A stretch of 49,383 nucleotides of DNA, counting the filler, from Jimgerdemannia flammicorona (Eukaryota), in NCBI GenBank assembly GCA_003990765.1. It is 2 parts of 2 records of this genome, joined end to end, with 100 filler letters (N's around TTAATTAATTAA, not from the genome) between each part and the next. Parts side by side here need not be neighbours in the genome. Positions count along the whole stretch, not along the records: positions 1 to 24,642 come from RBNJ01000946.1; 1 more part is not named here. The stretch is one strand, 5' to 3'. A program made the translations under genes and the position numbers. Positions 11,511 to 23,330 of the stretch are shown one piece after another (position 1 is the stretch's first letter; the number at the start of each line of letters is the position of its first letter). The notes under the pieces are model-generated. The model was not told the origin of the DNA and did not search any database. It worked only from the letters and a program-made list of their open reading frames with translations.

Positions 11511-13568
11511 ATGGCAACCAACAGGTAATCTGAGGTGCATACTGAGCAGGGTGGCCCAAGTGCTTTCAACTAGCAGCAGGTGGGGACGGGTCCAGGCCTG
11601 GGGGGGGGTATGAGGGGGCTGCTGGTGGTTGGATGTGGAAGGGATGGAGGAGGTGGCAGAGGATCAGTATCTGGGAGGGCAAGCTTTGCAGAGATGGTGA
11701 AGGAGAGACAGCAGGCATCAGGGCTGGAGGGCTGGCTGAGGAAGGGCAAGGAGACCAAGAAGGTGACAGTGCAGGGGAGAGCAGCCCTTGGAAGGGGGGG
11801 CAGTAGAGCTGGGAGAGTAGCGGCTGGGGGGAGTGTGACTGCTGATGGTGATGAGACTGTCGATCTGGAAAAAAATCCAGATGTGATGGCTGATGGCAAG
11901 GCTGAGCGGCTGAGGCTTAGAAGACAAGAGGACTTGGTGGATGGTGTAACAGGTCTGGTGGTGGCCCCATTACTCAAAAAATCGATCTCAGCATTCGCAG
12001 TCACACTGTGCTTCCGGGGCCTGACAGTGACAGTGAAAATGGTGCTGGGGCTCATCGCTAAGCAGGTGGCAGGAGCTGTGTCTGTGAAGTTTTTGAAGGG
12101 ACTGGAAGGAGTGGAGGTGGGTTTTGAGGAGGCAGCACCGCTGGAGGAGGTGCTGAAGGTTGGATTGGTGGTTGGGGAGGCGTGTATTCCAATGGCACGG
12201 TGTCTGAAGTGGGATCCCAGGGTGGTCCAACTGCTGGTGAAAGGAGTGCCAACAGTGATGGTGATGGAGACAAGAAAGAGAGTTGAGGATTTCATGTCAG
12301 AATATGGAGAGGTGGTGGATATCGGGTTCAGGGTCTGGGAAGAGACCTCGCTCAGGACTGGTGATGTGGATGTGAGGATTCGGCTGGCTGGGAAAGAAGC
12401 CACTGGGAAGGTGAGGGACTGGCCTTCGGCAATGGTCTGGGGAGTGATCCTGTGTAAGGTGATGAGAGTGAAGAGAAGTGAGGAGGAGGAGGAGGATTTA
12501 TTGGAAGTACTAGAAGAGCTGGGTGGTGTTGTAGAGAGGCAAGTGAAGGCTTGGGAGGCTTTTGTGGAGTTGACACACTTGGAGGTGGTGGATGGAAAGC
12601 AGATTCAAGTGATCAAGGAGCAGTGGGAAAGGGCTCAGGGGCATAAGAGACAGAAAGAGCTGCTGGCCAAGCTGGATAGCAGACCACTGAGGGAGACAAG
12701 CAAGGTGAAGGGTACAGGGAGAGCAGAAGCAAGTGTCTGGGCTGGCGAGGGGGAGGGGAAGGACAAGAAGGAGGCGGGGGAGGACAAGGAGAAGGCTAGG
12801 AAGGACCCATATGCTGATGGTACACTGGAGGTTTGGGAGGAGGACTGGGGGAGCTCCCCTACCCCTACTCCTCTCATCAGGCATGACCTGGCTTCTTGGA
12901 ACAGGGTGGTAGAAGATGTGCCAATACAAGGGGCCCAGAGGGTGCAATTCGGAGTTCCAGAGGTGGAATATGGGGGACAGGTGGTGGTGGCTGGTAAGGA
13001 GGAACTGGTGGATATCCCAGAGGTATGGGATGAGTCTGCAAGTACTGGAGCTGACACCACAATGTTGGATGGAGGGAGGCCGGCGACTCCAGGGGGGAAA
13101 GAGGTGGGAAACTTGCTTTGGATGTGCCAGATGATGAAAAACCTAGCAGCAGAAGAGTTGGGGGAGGTGGACCTGTGAGTGATGAGTGATGAACATTGGG
13201 CAGAGATACTGTAGAGAGATGGCGTCATGAAGGCATTGAAGGTGGAAATTCTTGTGGTGTACCTGGAGGAGGAAGAGTATGAGGTAGATAAGGTGAGGGA
13301 AGCAGAGATAGTGGTCATTGCTAGAGAGAGGGCTGAATACTGCTGGAACAAGCATCATGGACTATAGCTCTGGCAGGAGGCATGCATCAAATACCGAGAG
13401 GAGTTTGAGGAGAAGGCAGATGGAGAGATGAATGAACTGCTGGCTGGATTGGAGGCTCAGAGGGCAGAAGAGGAGGAGGTGGCTGCAGAACATAATCTGG
13501 ACACGGCGCAGGAGGAGATGAGCATGGAGCAGTAGAGACTGATTGATGACATAACATATTTCATAATT
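11511..13568 (+). pseudogene. LINE ORF1 (Gly-rich N terminus, conserved core, acidic/charged C terminus), interrupted by stops
   Basis: 532-aa open stretch at 11580-13178. The core recurs in the copies at 1-659, 23331, 42322 and 43450. Confidence 0.8.
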
Positions 13569-16500
13569 ATGAACAGTACAACCAACATTTTCTCTTTAAA
13601 TGTGAATGGGTTACAGGGCGCTTCTTGACATAGGAACATTTTTACTTGGATGAAGGGATTGGAGGCTGATCTCTTCCTCTTGCAAGATATCAGGTGCAAA
13701 GATGACTCTGATGGGATGGAATGGACAAAGGAATGGGAGGTGTGGTGATTTGGAAGGGCAAGGTTGGGATTTTGGTTAGGAAAGGCAGAGGGGAGATACA
13801 GAATGTAAGAAGCTGAGGGGAGAGGCTGGTCTGGGGTAAGTGAATTCGGGCAGGCTGGGAGCCAGTTATGGTTGGCTCCTGCTACTGCTCTGTGGTATAG
13901 AGTGAGAGAGTAGATTGGGTGAAAGGCTTACAGGAGAGTGGATTACTTGCAGAGGCTGGGGTGGATATGCTTGGGGGAGATTTCAATATGGTTCTGGACA
14001 TACTGTTGGATAGAACAGATGGAGGATGAGGTGCTGAGAGCAGGAGTGGAGGACTGGTGGCATGGGAGGAAGTAGAAAGACTAAGTGCACTAGTAGATGC
14101 TGGTAGGGAGTACTGGGGGAATTGGAGGGTTTATACACATTGGGTAGGGGGTCTGGGGACTAGAATCGACTGGATTTTGATGGCCAGCTGCTGGGGCCTA
14201 GATGTTTGGAAGTCACTGGAGGTGGAATGGTGCCCATGGTCGGATCATTGGGGGCTTTTGGGACAGGGGTGCTTTGGGGGAAGTGGGGATGGGCCTGGAC
14301 ATTGGCGCCTCAATTCCTCTTTATTAGATGACAAGACTAGATGGGATGAGTGGGCTAAAGACATTCAGCTGAGGGTAGAGAACTGGAGGCAGGAAGGGGC
14401 CTCAGTTGGGACTTGGTGGATGAGGATGAAGGAGATGGCCAGGGTTTACTGAAGGGAGGCTGGCAAGGAGGCAGGGAAGCAGCGAAAGCAAAGAGTGCGT
14501 TGGACCTCCACTAGATTGAAGAGGCTCCTGGAGGAGTGGGCGAGACTGACAATGTTGGAGGGAGAAAATGATTGGAGATTATTGAGGGTGAAAATAGAGG
14601 TTGGGGAACTTCAACAGATACTGTGGGAGGAGGAAGAGGCAAGGGTACAGAGCTTGGCAGCACGGCTCCGCTGGCAGGATCTGGAGGAAGGAGAGAGGTC
14701 TTCCAAGCTCCTTACAAGAGTCCTTAGGGCGAGGCAGGTACAGCAATGGTGGGAAGGGGTATTGGACTCCGATGGTGTACTGGTGCATGGTGTACAGGAC
14801 ATTCTTGGATTGCTGAAGGAGAGATGGAGTGGATTGTGGAGTGAGGAGGAGGGTGGGGCAGATGCTACTACAATTGAATGAACATTGGAGGATTGGCACC
14901 CACCACAAGTCAAAGGGCTAGGGGACCTGGTGATACCTGTACAGGAGGATGAGATCCATCAGGTTCTTGCCATGTCAATGCCAGGTATGGCACCTGGGGA
15001 AGATGGTCTGCTCTGGGACTTTTGGAAGCGAATGGTTGGAGTCCCAGAGGTAATGGGAGAGATGATAGCATTGTGTGACCTTATTCTACAGACAGAGAGG
15101 TGGGTGGGGGAGCAGGACCTTGGACTGGTGATACTGCTTTACAAAAACAAAGGAAGGCAGGAGGATTGAAAGAACTGGCAGCCAATAAGGCTGCTAGATA
15201 TGGACAGAAGTTAGTGACTAAGGTGGTGGTGGCAAGACTACAGAAGGTGGCCCAGCAAGTCGTGGATATTGAGCAGAGGGGATTTGTGGGTGGTCGGCTC
15301 ATCAGGGATGGCACTGCCTGGGTTCATGGTATTATTGAGGGGGCAAGGGCCTGTGGACTGGATGGGCATCTAGTCTTCTTGGACCAGGAGAAGGCATATG
15401 ACTGGGTGCGAAGAGTCTGGCTGGCGAAAGTTTTGGATAGAATGGGGGTTCTGCATCAATTCTGGTCAGCAATGGTCAGCCTACTGGAAGGGAGTAGGGC
15501 TGCACTCACATGTAATGGACATAGAGGGGTAGCATTCCCCTTGGGTAGAGGGGTGCCCCAGGGGGACCCATTGTCCCCCATTTTGTATGCTCTTTTCCTG
15601 GAACCTCTTATGGACAGAATCAGGCGGAGAATAGCTGGGCTCTCTGTCTTTAGCATAGGATGGAAAGTTGGGGCCTTTGCTGATGATATGGTGGTGGGTT
15701 TGGGTTCGATTGCTGATGTTGAGGAGCTCAAGAAGACTGTGGAGTGGTATGAGGAGTACTCTGGAGCTATGTAAGCTAAATTGGCATAAGTGTGAAACAA
15801 TAGTGCTAGGTAATGACCTGGTGGGAGGGGAAGTTATAGGAACAATCATCCCCACCAGTGAAGCAGTGTGGTACTTAGGTATCTACTTGTCAGTCTATGG
15901 GTCAGTTCTGCCCAGACTTTGGTGGGAGCAGAGGATTAGAATCTGGGAGGAGGCCCTGTGGAGTTGGGGGGGAAGACATTTTTCTCTGGCAGGGCAGGTC
16001 TCGATTTTGAATGTCTACTGGCTGCCAAAGCTGTGGTACCTGGTATATCATCTGGACTTCCCAGCCTGGGTGGTGAAGAGATTGATGGAGTTGGCGAAGG
16101 GATGGATTTGGGCTGGTAGGCAGAGTCAGATTAGTTGGGAGACCTTGTCCCTACCAGTGGCAAGAGGCGGTCTTGGGCTGGTTGACTTTCCGAAATGGTT
16201 GTACTGCTTGAGAGCATGGTGGCTGAAGAGGGCGGTGGAGTTGAGAGGAGGTGGATAGATTCCTCTGCTACCGAAGATCTGGGAGAGGTGGGCATTGCCA
16301 AGGGACTCAACTGGCAACCTCCTCTCCTTAGTTGGGCTTCAGAACACTGAACAACTGTGATATAAAGGGTTTTGGTGGGGGATTGCAGAAGGGGTGCACT
16401 GCATTGGTATTTGTTGACAGGAGAATGAAGGAGAGGAGGCTTGGGACCTGGCAATGTGGAGATGGGATCATATATTGCTGGGTGGCACTCCTTTAATTGA

Positions 16501-17227
16501 GTTTGACATTGGTGATGGAATGGAATGCCAAAGGGGACCAGGCCAGGATCTGTGGCCTAGTGGCTGGCAAGGAGTTGGAATTAGTGAAGAGTGGAACTGG
16601 CATGGTGTTTGGACTTGGAGTGCTGCAGTGAGAATGTGGCTGCCACCAAAGTACTGGGTGGTCTGGTGGTGCATGCTATGGAGGAATGTTATGCTCAACT
16701 TTAGCTTGGGGCACCTTGTCATAGGGGGTTGCTTCGACTGTGAGGAGTGCCATAATGTAGGGCAGGAGGGGGGTTATGTACAGACACCAGAACATTGGTT
16801 AGGAGAGTGTGAGGTGTTGGGGGATTTTTGGCAGACAATTGGGAATCGCTTGGGGGTATGGGGTAGGGGTGATAACATACGGGGGAGGTGGGAGGACTTG
16901 AGGGATAGATTGGTAAGGGGGATAGAGAAGGAGTGGCTTACTTTGGGTTGGGCTTTGGTTATTTGGGTGGGGCTGGCCAGTCATTGTCTATTTGTTTTTG
17001 AGGATGGAAGGAGACAGGACTTAGGGGACTGGTTGCTGCAGTGGCATAGGCTTATGGAAGACACCTTAATAGGCTGGTGGCTGGGTTGGGGGATACAGGA
17101 TGGTCGGAGGCACCGCTTAGTAGAGAAAATCTGTAGACAAAGTGGGGGAAGTGTTGGGGTAGTTGGTGAAAGGGTGATTTTTATTCGTGAGGAGATAGAG
17201 AGGGGCCCCCCTGTGGGGATTGGGTAG
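13569..17227 (+). pseudogene. LINE ORF2: APE endonuclease, reverse transcriptase and C-terminal Cys/His motif
   Basis: APE motifs MNSTTNIFSLNVNGL, GGDFN, TRIDWIL and SDH. RT motifs PGEDG, FLDQEKAYD, GVPQGDPLSP, AFADD and YLGI. C-terminal CFDCEEC...EHWLGEC. Several stops and frameshifts. Confidence 0.93.
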
Positions 17228-18063
17228 TGGGTAGGAATGATGTATATTTATTCATAGACTGGTAATAAAGGCAGAGTCCAAGTGACTGTAAAAAAAAAAA
17301 AAAAAAAAAAAAAGCACTTACTGGCCATCCACTCTCCTTCACCTTGTCAGTAAAACTTATAAGCTCAAACTTTCTTCTATTTTCACTAAACACCAGTTAT
17401 CCTCCAGAGTTCTCTCCATCCTTCATACCTTTAAAAAAGTCCATCTCTAGACTATAATTTCTCTCTAAATATTGTCAGCCAAATGCCCCAGATCTACCTG
17501 ACTCAGCATATCTGTCAGAACTCTTACTTAAAGATATATTGATAGTGTCTTTTCTCTGAATTATTGTAAAAAGTATTGCTAGAAGTTTGTATAATGTGAA
17601 TTATATCAGAGAAAGGTGTCAAGTCAAATATTCTTAATAGTTTCTTACTTTTTACATAATCTCCCATTCTGAAATCTGACAATATTGTACTAAGACTAGA
17701 GATAATATTATTTATAATTATTATAGATAAAAAATTAAAATAAGAAGATATATTTATGATATAACTGATACTTTCGTTTGATACATATATGATATATTTC
17801 TATCAATCTTCTAAACTATATAGTCAGAAGTTCGAAATACTTAATAATTCAACTTCAAATATATATTGATATATAAGATAAATACTTCAATAAATCAAAA
17901 AGAATATAAAAATAAATAAAATTAATATCTAAGCTATAGTGGATACATTATCTAATTATCTAACTATTTTTATATTAATAATCTCATATTCTTTAGTAGA
18001 ATTTCAAAATTAACTCATTTTCTAGATTATATATATAGACCAACTATTTTAGAGATTCACTTA

Positions 18064-18445
18064 TAGACCAAGCCTGATCGGTCAGCTTGGGCTAACCTGG
18101 AACTCAGCTAGCCTGATCCAGCCTGGACTAGTCTATTGAGCTGAGCAGGCTGAGCTATATGAGAAATTTTTCCTATAGTCCAGCCCAGTTAGCCTGGTCT
18201 AGCTAGGCTAACCTATTGGACTAGCTGGGACTGGTCCAGCCAGGCTGGCCCATTAGGCTGGACTAAGACTAGCTCAGTCAGGCTAGTCTATTGGGCTGGA
18301 CCAGGACTGGCTATATCAGAAATTTTTCCTATAGTCTAGTATAACCAGTCTGACCCAGCTGGGCTGGCTCATTATATAGAAATTTTCCCTACTACCAGCC
18401 CAGACTGGCTCATTGAGCCAGCCCAGACTAGCTTATTGAGCTATA
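18064..18445. repeat. GC-rich short-repeat array, possibly the subterminal region of the adjacent hAT element
   Basis: Recurrent GCTGG/CCAGC/GCCCAG units and three copies of AGAAATTTT(T)CC(C)TA (near 18160, 18318 and 18378) in AT-rich surroundings. Confidence 0.55.
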
Positions 18446-18787
18446 AACAAACTTACTAAGATATATATTATAATATGTAAAGATCTATAAATTTTAATGA
18501 GTACTGATTGACCAAAAGATATTTTCAAAAGATGCAGATTTGGCAAAGATGCTAATTATAGTAATATATCGTTAGGATAGAAATAAACCAGATCTAAAAA
18601 AAACTACTACATATATTGAGAGATGATAGAATTACCTAATTTCTGTATGAGTGAATTTGTGTAAGCTATATAAATGAATTTGTATGAGCTATATGAGTGA
18701 ATTCTGTATCTGTAGTTACTCAATTTTCTTTCCTGTTAGTATTTTTGGATATTAGCTGTTCTGTTACTTCCTTTTAGTATATTGTCA

Positions 18788-19072
18788 CTCTTTTGACAAA
18801 TCATCATCCTTTTGATCTTTTGATAAATAATTATCCTTTTGGCAAATTATTGTCCTTTTGATAAATCATTATTCTTTTGGCAAATAATCATCCTTTTGGC
18901 AAATTATCATCCTTTTGGTAAATTATTAGCCTTTTGGCAAATCATTGTTCTTTTGACAAATCATTATCCTTTTGGCAAATTATCATTTGTTTGGCAAATT
19001 ATTATTCTTTTAGTAAATTATCATTCTTTGGACAAATTACCATTCTTTGGCAAATTATTATTTCAGCAAATT
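18788..19072 (+). repeat. Minisatellite, about 19-bp unit CCTTTTGGCAAATTATCAT
   Basis: More than a dozen head-to-tail degenerate copies with no spacers. Confidence 0.85.
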
Positions 19073-19210
19073 ATTTTTATATTTATTCTCACAGATTTAA
19101 TATATAAAAAAAAAAAAAAAAAAAACCCCTCAACTCTACTCATAATCTTGGAAGACAATATAATATATATAGATTACTCATCTTCTTAAGAAATTACTGA
19201 TATAATTAAT

Positions 19211-21013
19211 ATGAAAATAGAATCTACTTCTATAAGCTATATAGATATAAGTTTAACAATATATTTTTGTAAATCCTTCAGCAAGTCTTCTAAAACTTAT
19301 GCTCATTATATCAATCTTGAAGGTAATTACAGCAAGTATAACTATTGTTTAATGATTAATAACCATAGTAGCTCAACTGGAACCCTTGGATATTACATGG
19401 AGAAAAAATATCCTGAGATACTTACTGAGCCTAATATTAGTACTGGTACAGAAATTACCAAGCTATTAAGTATTATTAGTCAACAAACAATTATTCAAAT
19501 AGATAGTATACAATCTTCAATCTTTTTCAACAGTAGATGATCAGAAGTTTGATTAGTTTATCAAGAGTCTCAATTCACAATATCACCTTTTATCTAGTAA
19601 TCATATAAAGAATCTTATTATAAAATGGAATATCTCTCATAGGATTATTATTAAAGCAATCTTACAAAACACACCAGACTCTATTATATTGACTGCAGAC
19701 ATTTAGAGTTCTATTATAAATAATAGTTATCTTGGACTGATAGCATACTTTATTGATACTTAGTAAATTATATAGAGCATTATTTTATCCTTTGAATCAA
19801 TACTAAGTCTATATACCAGTCTTCTTATCAAAGATGTTATTTTAGATATCTCTTTCTCTGCTATCTTACTGGTCACAATGGTTTGGTAGACAACCTTCTG
19901 AGTCTACTTTCCACAATTACTACCCTCTCTACCTTGGGTTGGTTTACTATACCTATTGCAGGGCAGTGGGAGAGAGGCAATAGTAATGAGTTGCCCTTTT
20001 ATCAATGTCCAATTATTGTTTTCTCTACTTTTTTATAGATTCTAGTGCCTTTGGCTATATCTGGAGTATATACATTTTAGTGCAGCACCTTCTTTCTTTT
20101 ACCATCACCAACAAGGTGTTGTCTTGGTACATCATGAGCTATGTAGAGAGTTGGCTGACCTTGGGCATCAAGTGCCCAGTATAGGTTATCTATAGGTCCT
20201 TGGTGTCTGTAGTGGGGTCCTCTGGCTTTGGTGAGCTTCTTGGTGAGCATGGTTCTGATATAGGTGACTGTTTTTCAGATGTTGTCAGGATGGGAGGGGA
20301 GATGGCCATCACAGATAAGAGAAAGAGCAATTACAGTAAACCAGTAGAATACCAGACTGGGGGTGGTCATCAGGGCTGGGATAGGTGCTGCTTTGGTAGG
20401 GTCTTTTGATTGGTGCAGAGTAGTTAGATGGTAAGTATCACTCTCAACTTCTTATGGTGATTTGGTGGATTGGGTCCTGGTCATTGAGGGGGGTTGGGGG
20501 ACCTAAGGCTACCCATTTCAGACATCTTGGCTATATTTAACTAGAATTAAAAGCTGATATGGCAATGTGATTGAGGCCCACAAGCTTGAGTAGTGGGGTA
20601 TTGTGGGTCTTCTCCTGCCTCACATGTAAGTCCTTTACTCATCTTGACTAAGAGAATCAGATCCTGCCCACTGTGATATATTTTGATGAGAGTTTTTCTT
20701 TATCTATCATTTTCCTTAGGGTGGTAGGGGCTATTCTATTCAGCTTGAGTATGGTCTTATATATATATTGGGGTCTCAGGTGTGTGCTTTCAGTTGTTGG
20801 CATATGGCTGGGTTCTCCCTGGTGGTAGGAAGAGTATGGTGTATAAAATGAGGTATAGACCAGCATAGGCCCTACTGTACCTGGCATGGTCAAGCTGCTG
20901 GACAATAGCTAGCCTAGGTTAATGGAAGGGCAGTGCTTGATGGGTGGTGGGAGAGGGTTTTGGCCTATATAGTTTAGGTTCTCTTCTAATAAAAATCTGC
21001 AGGACTTTAAGTC

Positions 21014-21067
<54 letters not shown>

Positions 21068-21790
21068 CTATTTTAGAAATTCTAGAAGATTTCCAAGCTT
21101 TACACTTTGGTGACAGATAATGTAGTAAATATAATGAAAGTATTCAGACTTATTGATGAAAAATTATTTTAGCAAATTTATTATATTTAGTATTTAGCTT
21201 ATATATTTCATCTTGCTATTCAAGAGGGATTTAAATTCAATAGTATCAGGATTGAATATAATAATGATAATTATAATAATGGTGATGATGACAATAATGA
21301 TAACAATATTATTAGTAATCTAATTATCAAACTTTGACTTTGCACTAGTACTTTAAAAAGAAGTCCAAAGCTTTCATATAAGCTTTGAGAACTTTGCAAA
21401 TACAATAATGAACTATCTATTATACTTTTAACAGATGTACCAAATTGTTGAAACTCAACTTATAAGAAGTTTGAAATAACTCTTAGATTATAGTGATCTT
21501 TTAATATATTAATTACAGCTTCTGATAATAGATCTATTCTTAAGAAAAATACTCTTATAATAAATAATTAGAAGATAATAACCAATATATCTCAGGATCT
21601 TCAACTATTTAATTTAATAATATAAGTTTTTTACAACTATCCAATACTACATTAAGTTCATGAAATATATGTATGACTTATTAGAAAATTAGATAAAAAC
21701 CAAATTTTACACAATTAAAATATAATAGCAAAACTCTGCCAATATTGAGAAAAGCTTCTAACTATAATACATCTGGCAATAATACTCTAT
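19211..21790 (+). pseudogene. hAT-superfamily transposase relic, split by a retroposon
   Basis: BED-finger-like NYC...SSTGTLGYYMEKKYP, ILTADI*SS...SYLGLIAYFID (about 19685-19757), LVTDNVVNIMK (about 21105), LAYIFHLAIQEG (about 21195) and TDVPNC*NSTY (about 21430; consensus DVxTRWNSTY). Confidence 0.85.
19849..21064 (+). mobile_element. 1.2-kb non-coding polyadenylated retroposon (SINE-like or non-autonomous LINE partner)
   Basis: 13-bp TSD ATG(T/C)TATTTTAGA at 19834-19846 and 21065-21077, AATAAA and a long poly(A) at about 21018-21064. It splits the hAT reading frame. Confidence 0.8.
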
Positions 21791-21959
21791 CTATTGTGAT
21801 GGTTGATCTGAATTAGTAACATGAATCAGGGGAATAAGACATTTGATCATAGTACCTGAATCCAATTCCCAAATATAGAATAGTCCAGATAGCAGTCATT
21901 TCACAAACATTAAAGTTTTTATGAATGTTAAACTATTCACAGATGTTAAACTGAAAGGA

Positions 21960-23330
21960 TACAATACATAGTACGGTGGGATCCATTTTGGTGATAAAAA
22001 GTGATGCACCCTGGCAAAACGGGTCTGTTTTAGTGGCCAGCAGGGTGAGTGTAATATGGGTGGGGTTGGCAATGCTAGGTTGAAAGACCACAGAGCCATG
22101 GGATAGCTGGGAAATGGGATCAAAAGACCCATCCCATGTAAATTTGCCAGAGCGAAGAAAACCAACATATGCAAGCGATGTCATAGTTACAAGATGCAGA
22201 TCGTCATAATCAGATAGCTGAAGCAGACTGATAAGACTGTGAAGAATACCGAGCATGATAAGAAGCTGAGACCGAGTTGGGCATATGCCTAGCCACTGCT
22301 TCATGCCATGCATTACTCGGGGAAGTTGGTGAAGACTGATGAATGGATCAGCAAAGCTGGAGTCGATGTGTGGAGAATGAATGGCCAAGAGGTAATGTTT
22401 GATTGTAGATGGTTGAAGCCATTACAAGGCCAAGCTATAGACCCACCACATTAGTACCAGTTTAGATGTGGGCAAAGGCCTGCCAGAGGCATGATTACCA
22501 CCATGGAGATTACAGAATTGGAGGAAGCTGTATTGTCCTGAAGAGTATGAGCAGTTTGTCGATTTTGCCAGTCCAAACCACAAAAAGAAGGCAATGACAG
22601 GTAGAAGTGCGGAATGCAAATGATACCAATTGTGGTCGAGAGCATCTGAGCATAAGGGGCAAGATGACAGAAATGAGTAAAATCAGTGTAGGATAAAGCA
22701 TCAGCAATGCCATTATCAGACATCAAGATGAATATGGTGCGAAGTTGAAAAGTGTGATGCGACATTTAAAAATAGAGCTGGTAGAGAAGTTCCAGCAGAA
22801 GAGGGTTGCATGAAGAGCCTGATTTGATAATAGCAATGACCACCTGATTATCAGAATGAAGCAATATAAGGTGAAAATACCATTGAGTATCCCAGATAGC
22901 AGCAGCAGTGACCACAGTATAAAGTTCCTTGAACTGAATGTTGCATGAGGCTGTATCAGGAGACCAGGGAGCAGAAAACCATTCACTATTGAAATGTACA
23001 CCAAAGCCTTAGATCCCGCTGATGTCTATCTATAATTGTGCATCAGGCTCATGAAACTATACTACCAGATATATAACGGAAATACTGTTCCAGTAGGGTA
23101 GGAATTCGAAACACCAACGAATGTCGGCATAGAATTCCTCATTTAGTGAGATATTGAATTAGGCATTGCTGGAAAGAAGATCAATAAACCACCACAGGAA
23201 TGGGCAGCCCAGTGGAATGATTTTACAGACAAATGCCAAGGAACCAATAAGAGACTTCAGTTGAGGGCGTGTACATAACATATGCAATAGCTACTGCTGA
23301 AGAGTGGCAAGCAATGTGTCAAGCTCAGCA
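21960..23330 (-). mobile_element. Fragment of a second, distinct DIRS/Ngaro-type YR retroelement (RT thumb, RNase H, YR N-terminal half)
   Basis: LKSLIGSLAFVCKIIPLG (about 23270), RNase H-like ELYTVVTAAAIW, SDNQVV and DNGIADALS, and YR motifs AYVGFLRSGKFT and TKTDPFCQG (ORF 21933-22388). The DNA does not resemble copies 1 and 2. Confidence 0.85.

Larger units (their letters stand above)
11429..17311 (+). mobile_element. Full-length L1/Tx1-like LINE, best preserved complete copy
   Basis: 16-bp TSD AAGCACTTACTGGCCA at 11413-11428 and 17312-17327, AATAAA followed by a poly(A) tail at about 17290-17313, and ORF1 plus ORF2. Confidence 0.95.
5530..17616 (-). mobile_element. Old, heavily mutated full-length L1/Tx1-like LINE (segments 5530-11428 and 17328-17616), hosting a MITE and a younger LINE
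   Basis: Poly(T) at 5530-5581, minus-strand RT remnant VFADDIVVGL (7516-7704), ORF1 remnants to 11400, and the 5' terminal motif at about 17585-17616. Confidence 0.85.

Noticed and set aside
11570..13358. Long Ser/Thr/Pro-rich minus-strand ORFs (also 23660-24376 and 42758-43480)
   Set aside because: They are shadow frames of purine-rich ORF1. Their recurrence follows from codon composition, and they carry no recognisable motif.
18788..19189. 19-bp array as CRISPR, or ORF 18839-19189 as a gene
   Set aside because: It is a tandem minisatellite without spacers, and the ORF is its low-complexity translation.
21796..21968. Possible solo LTR (TGT...ACA)
   Set aside because: There is no TSD, second copy, PBS or PPT to support it.
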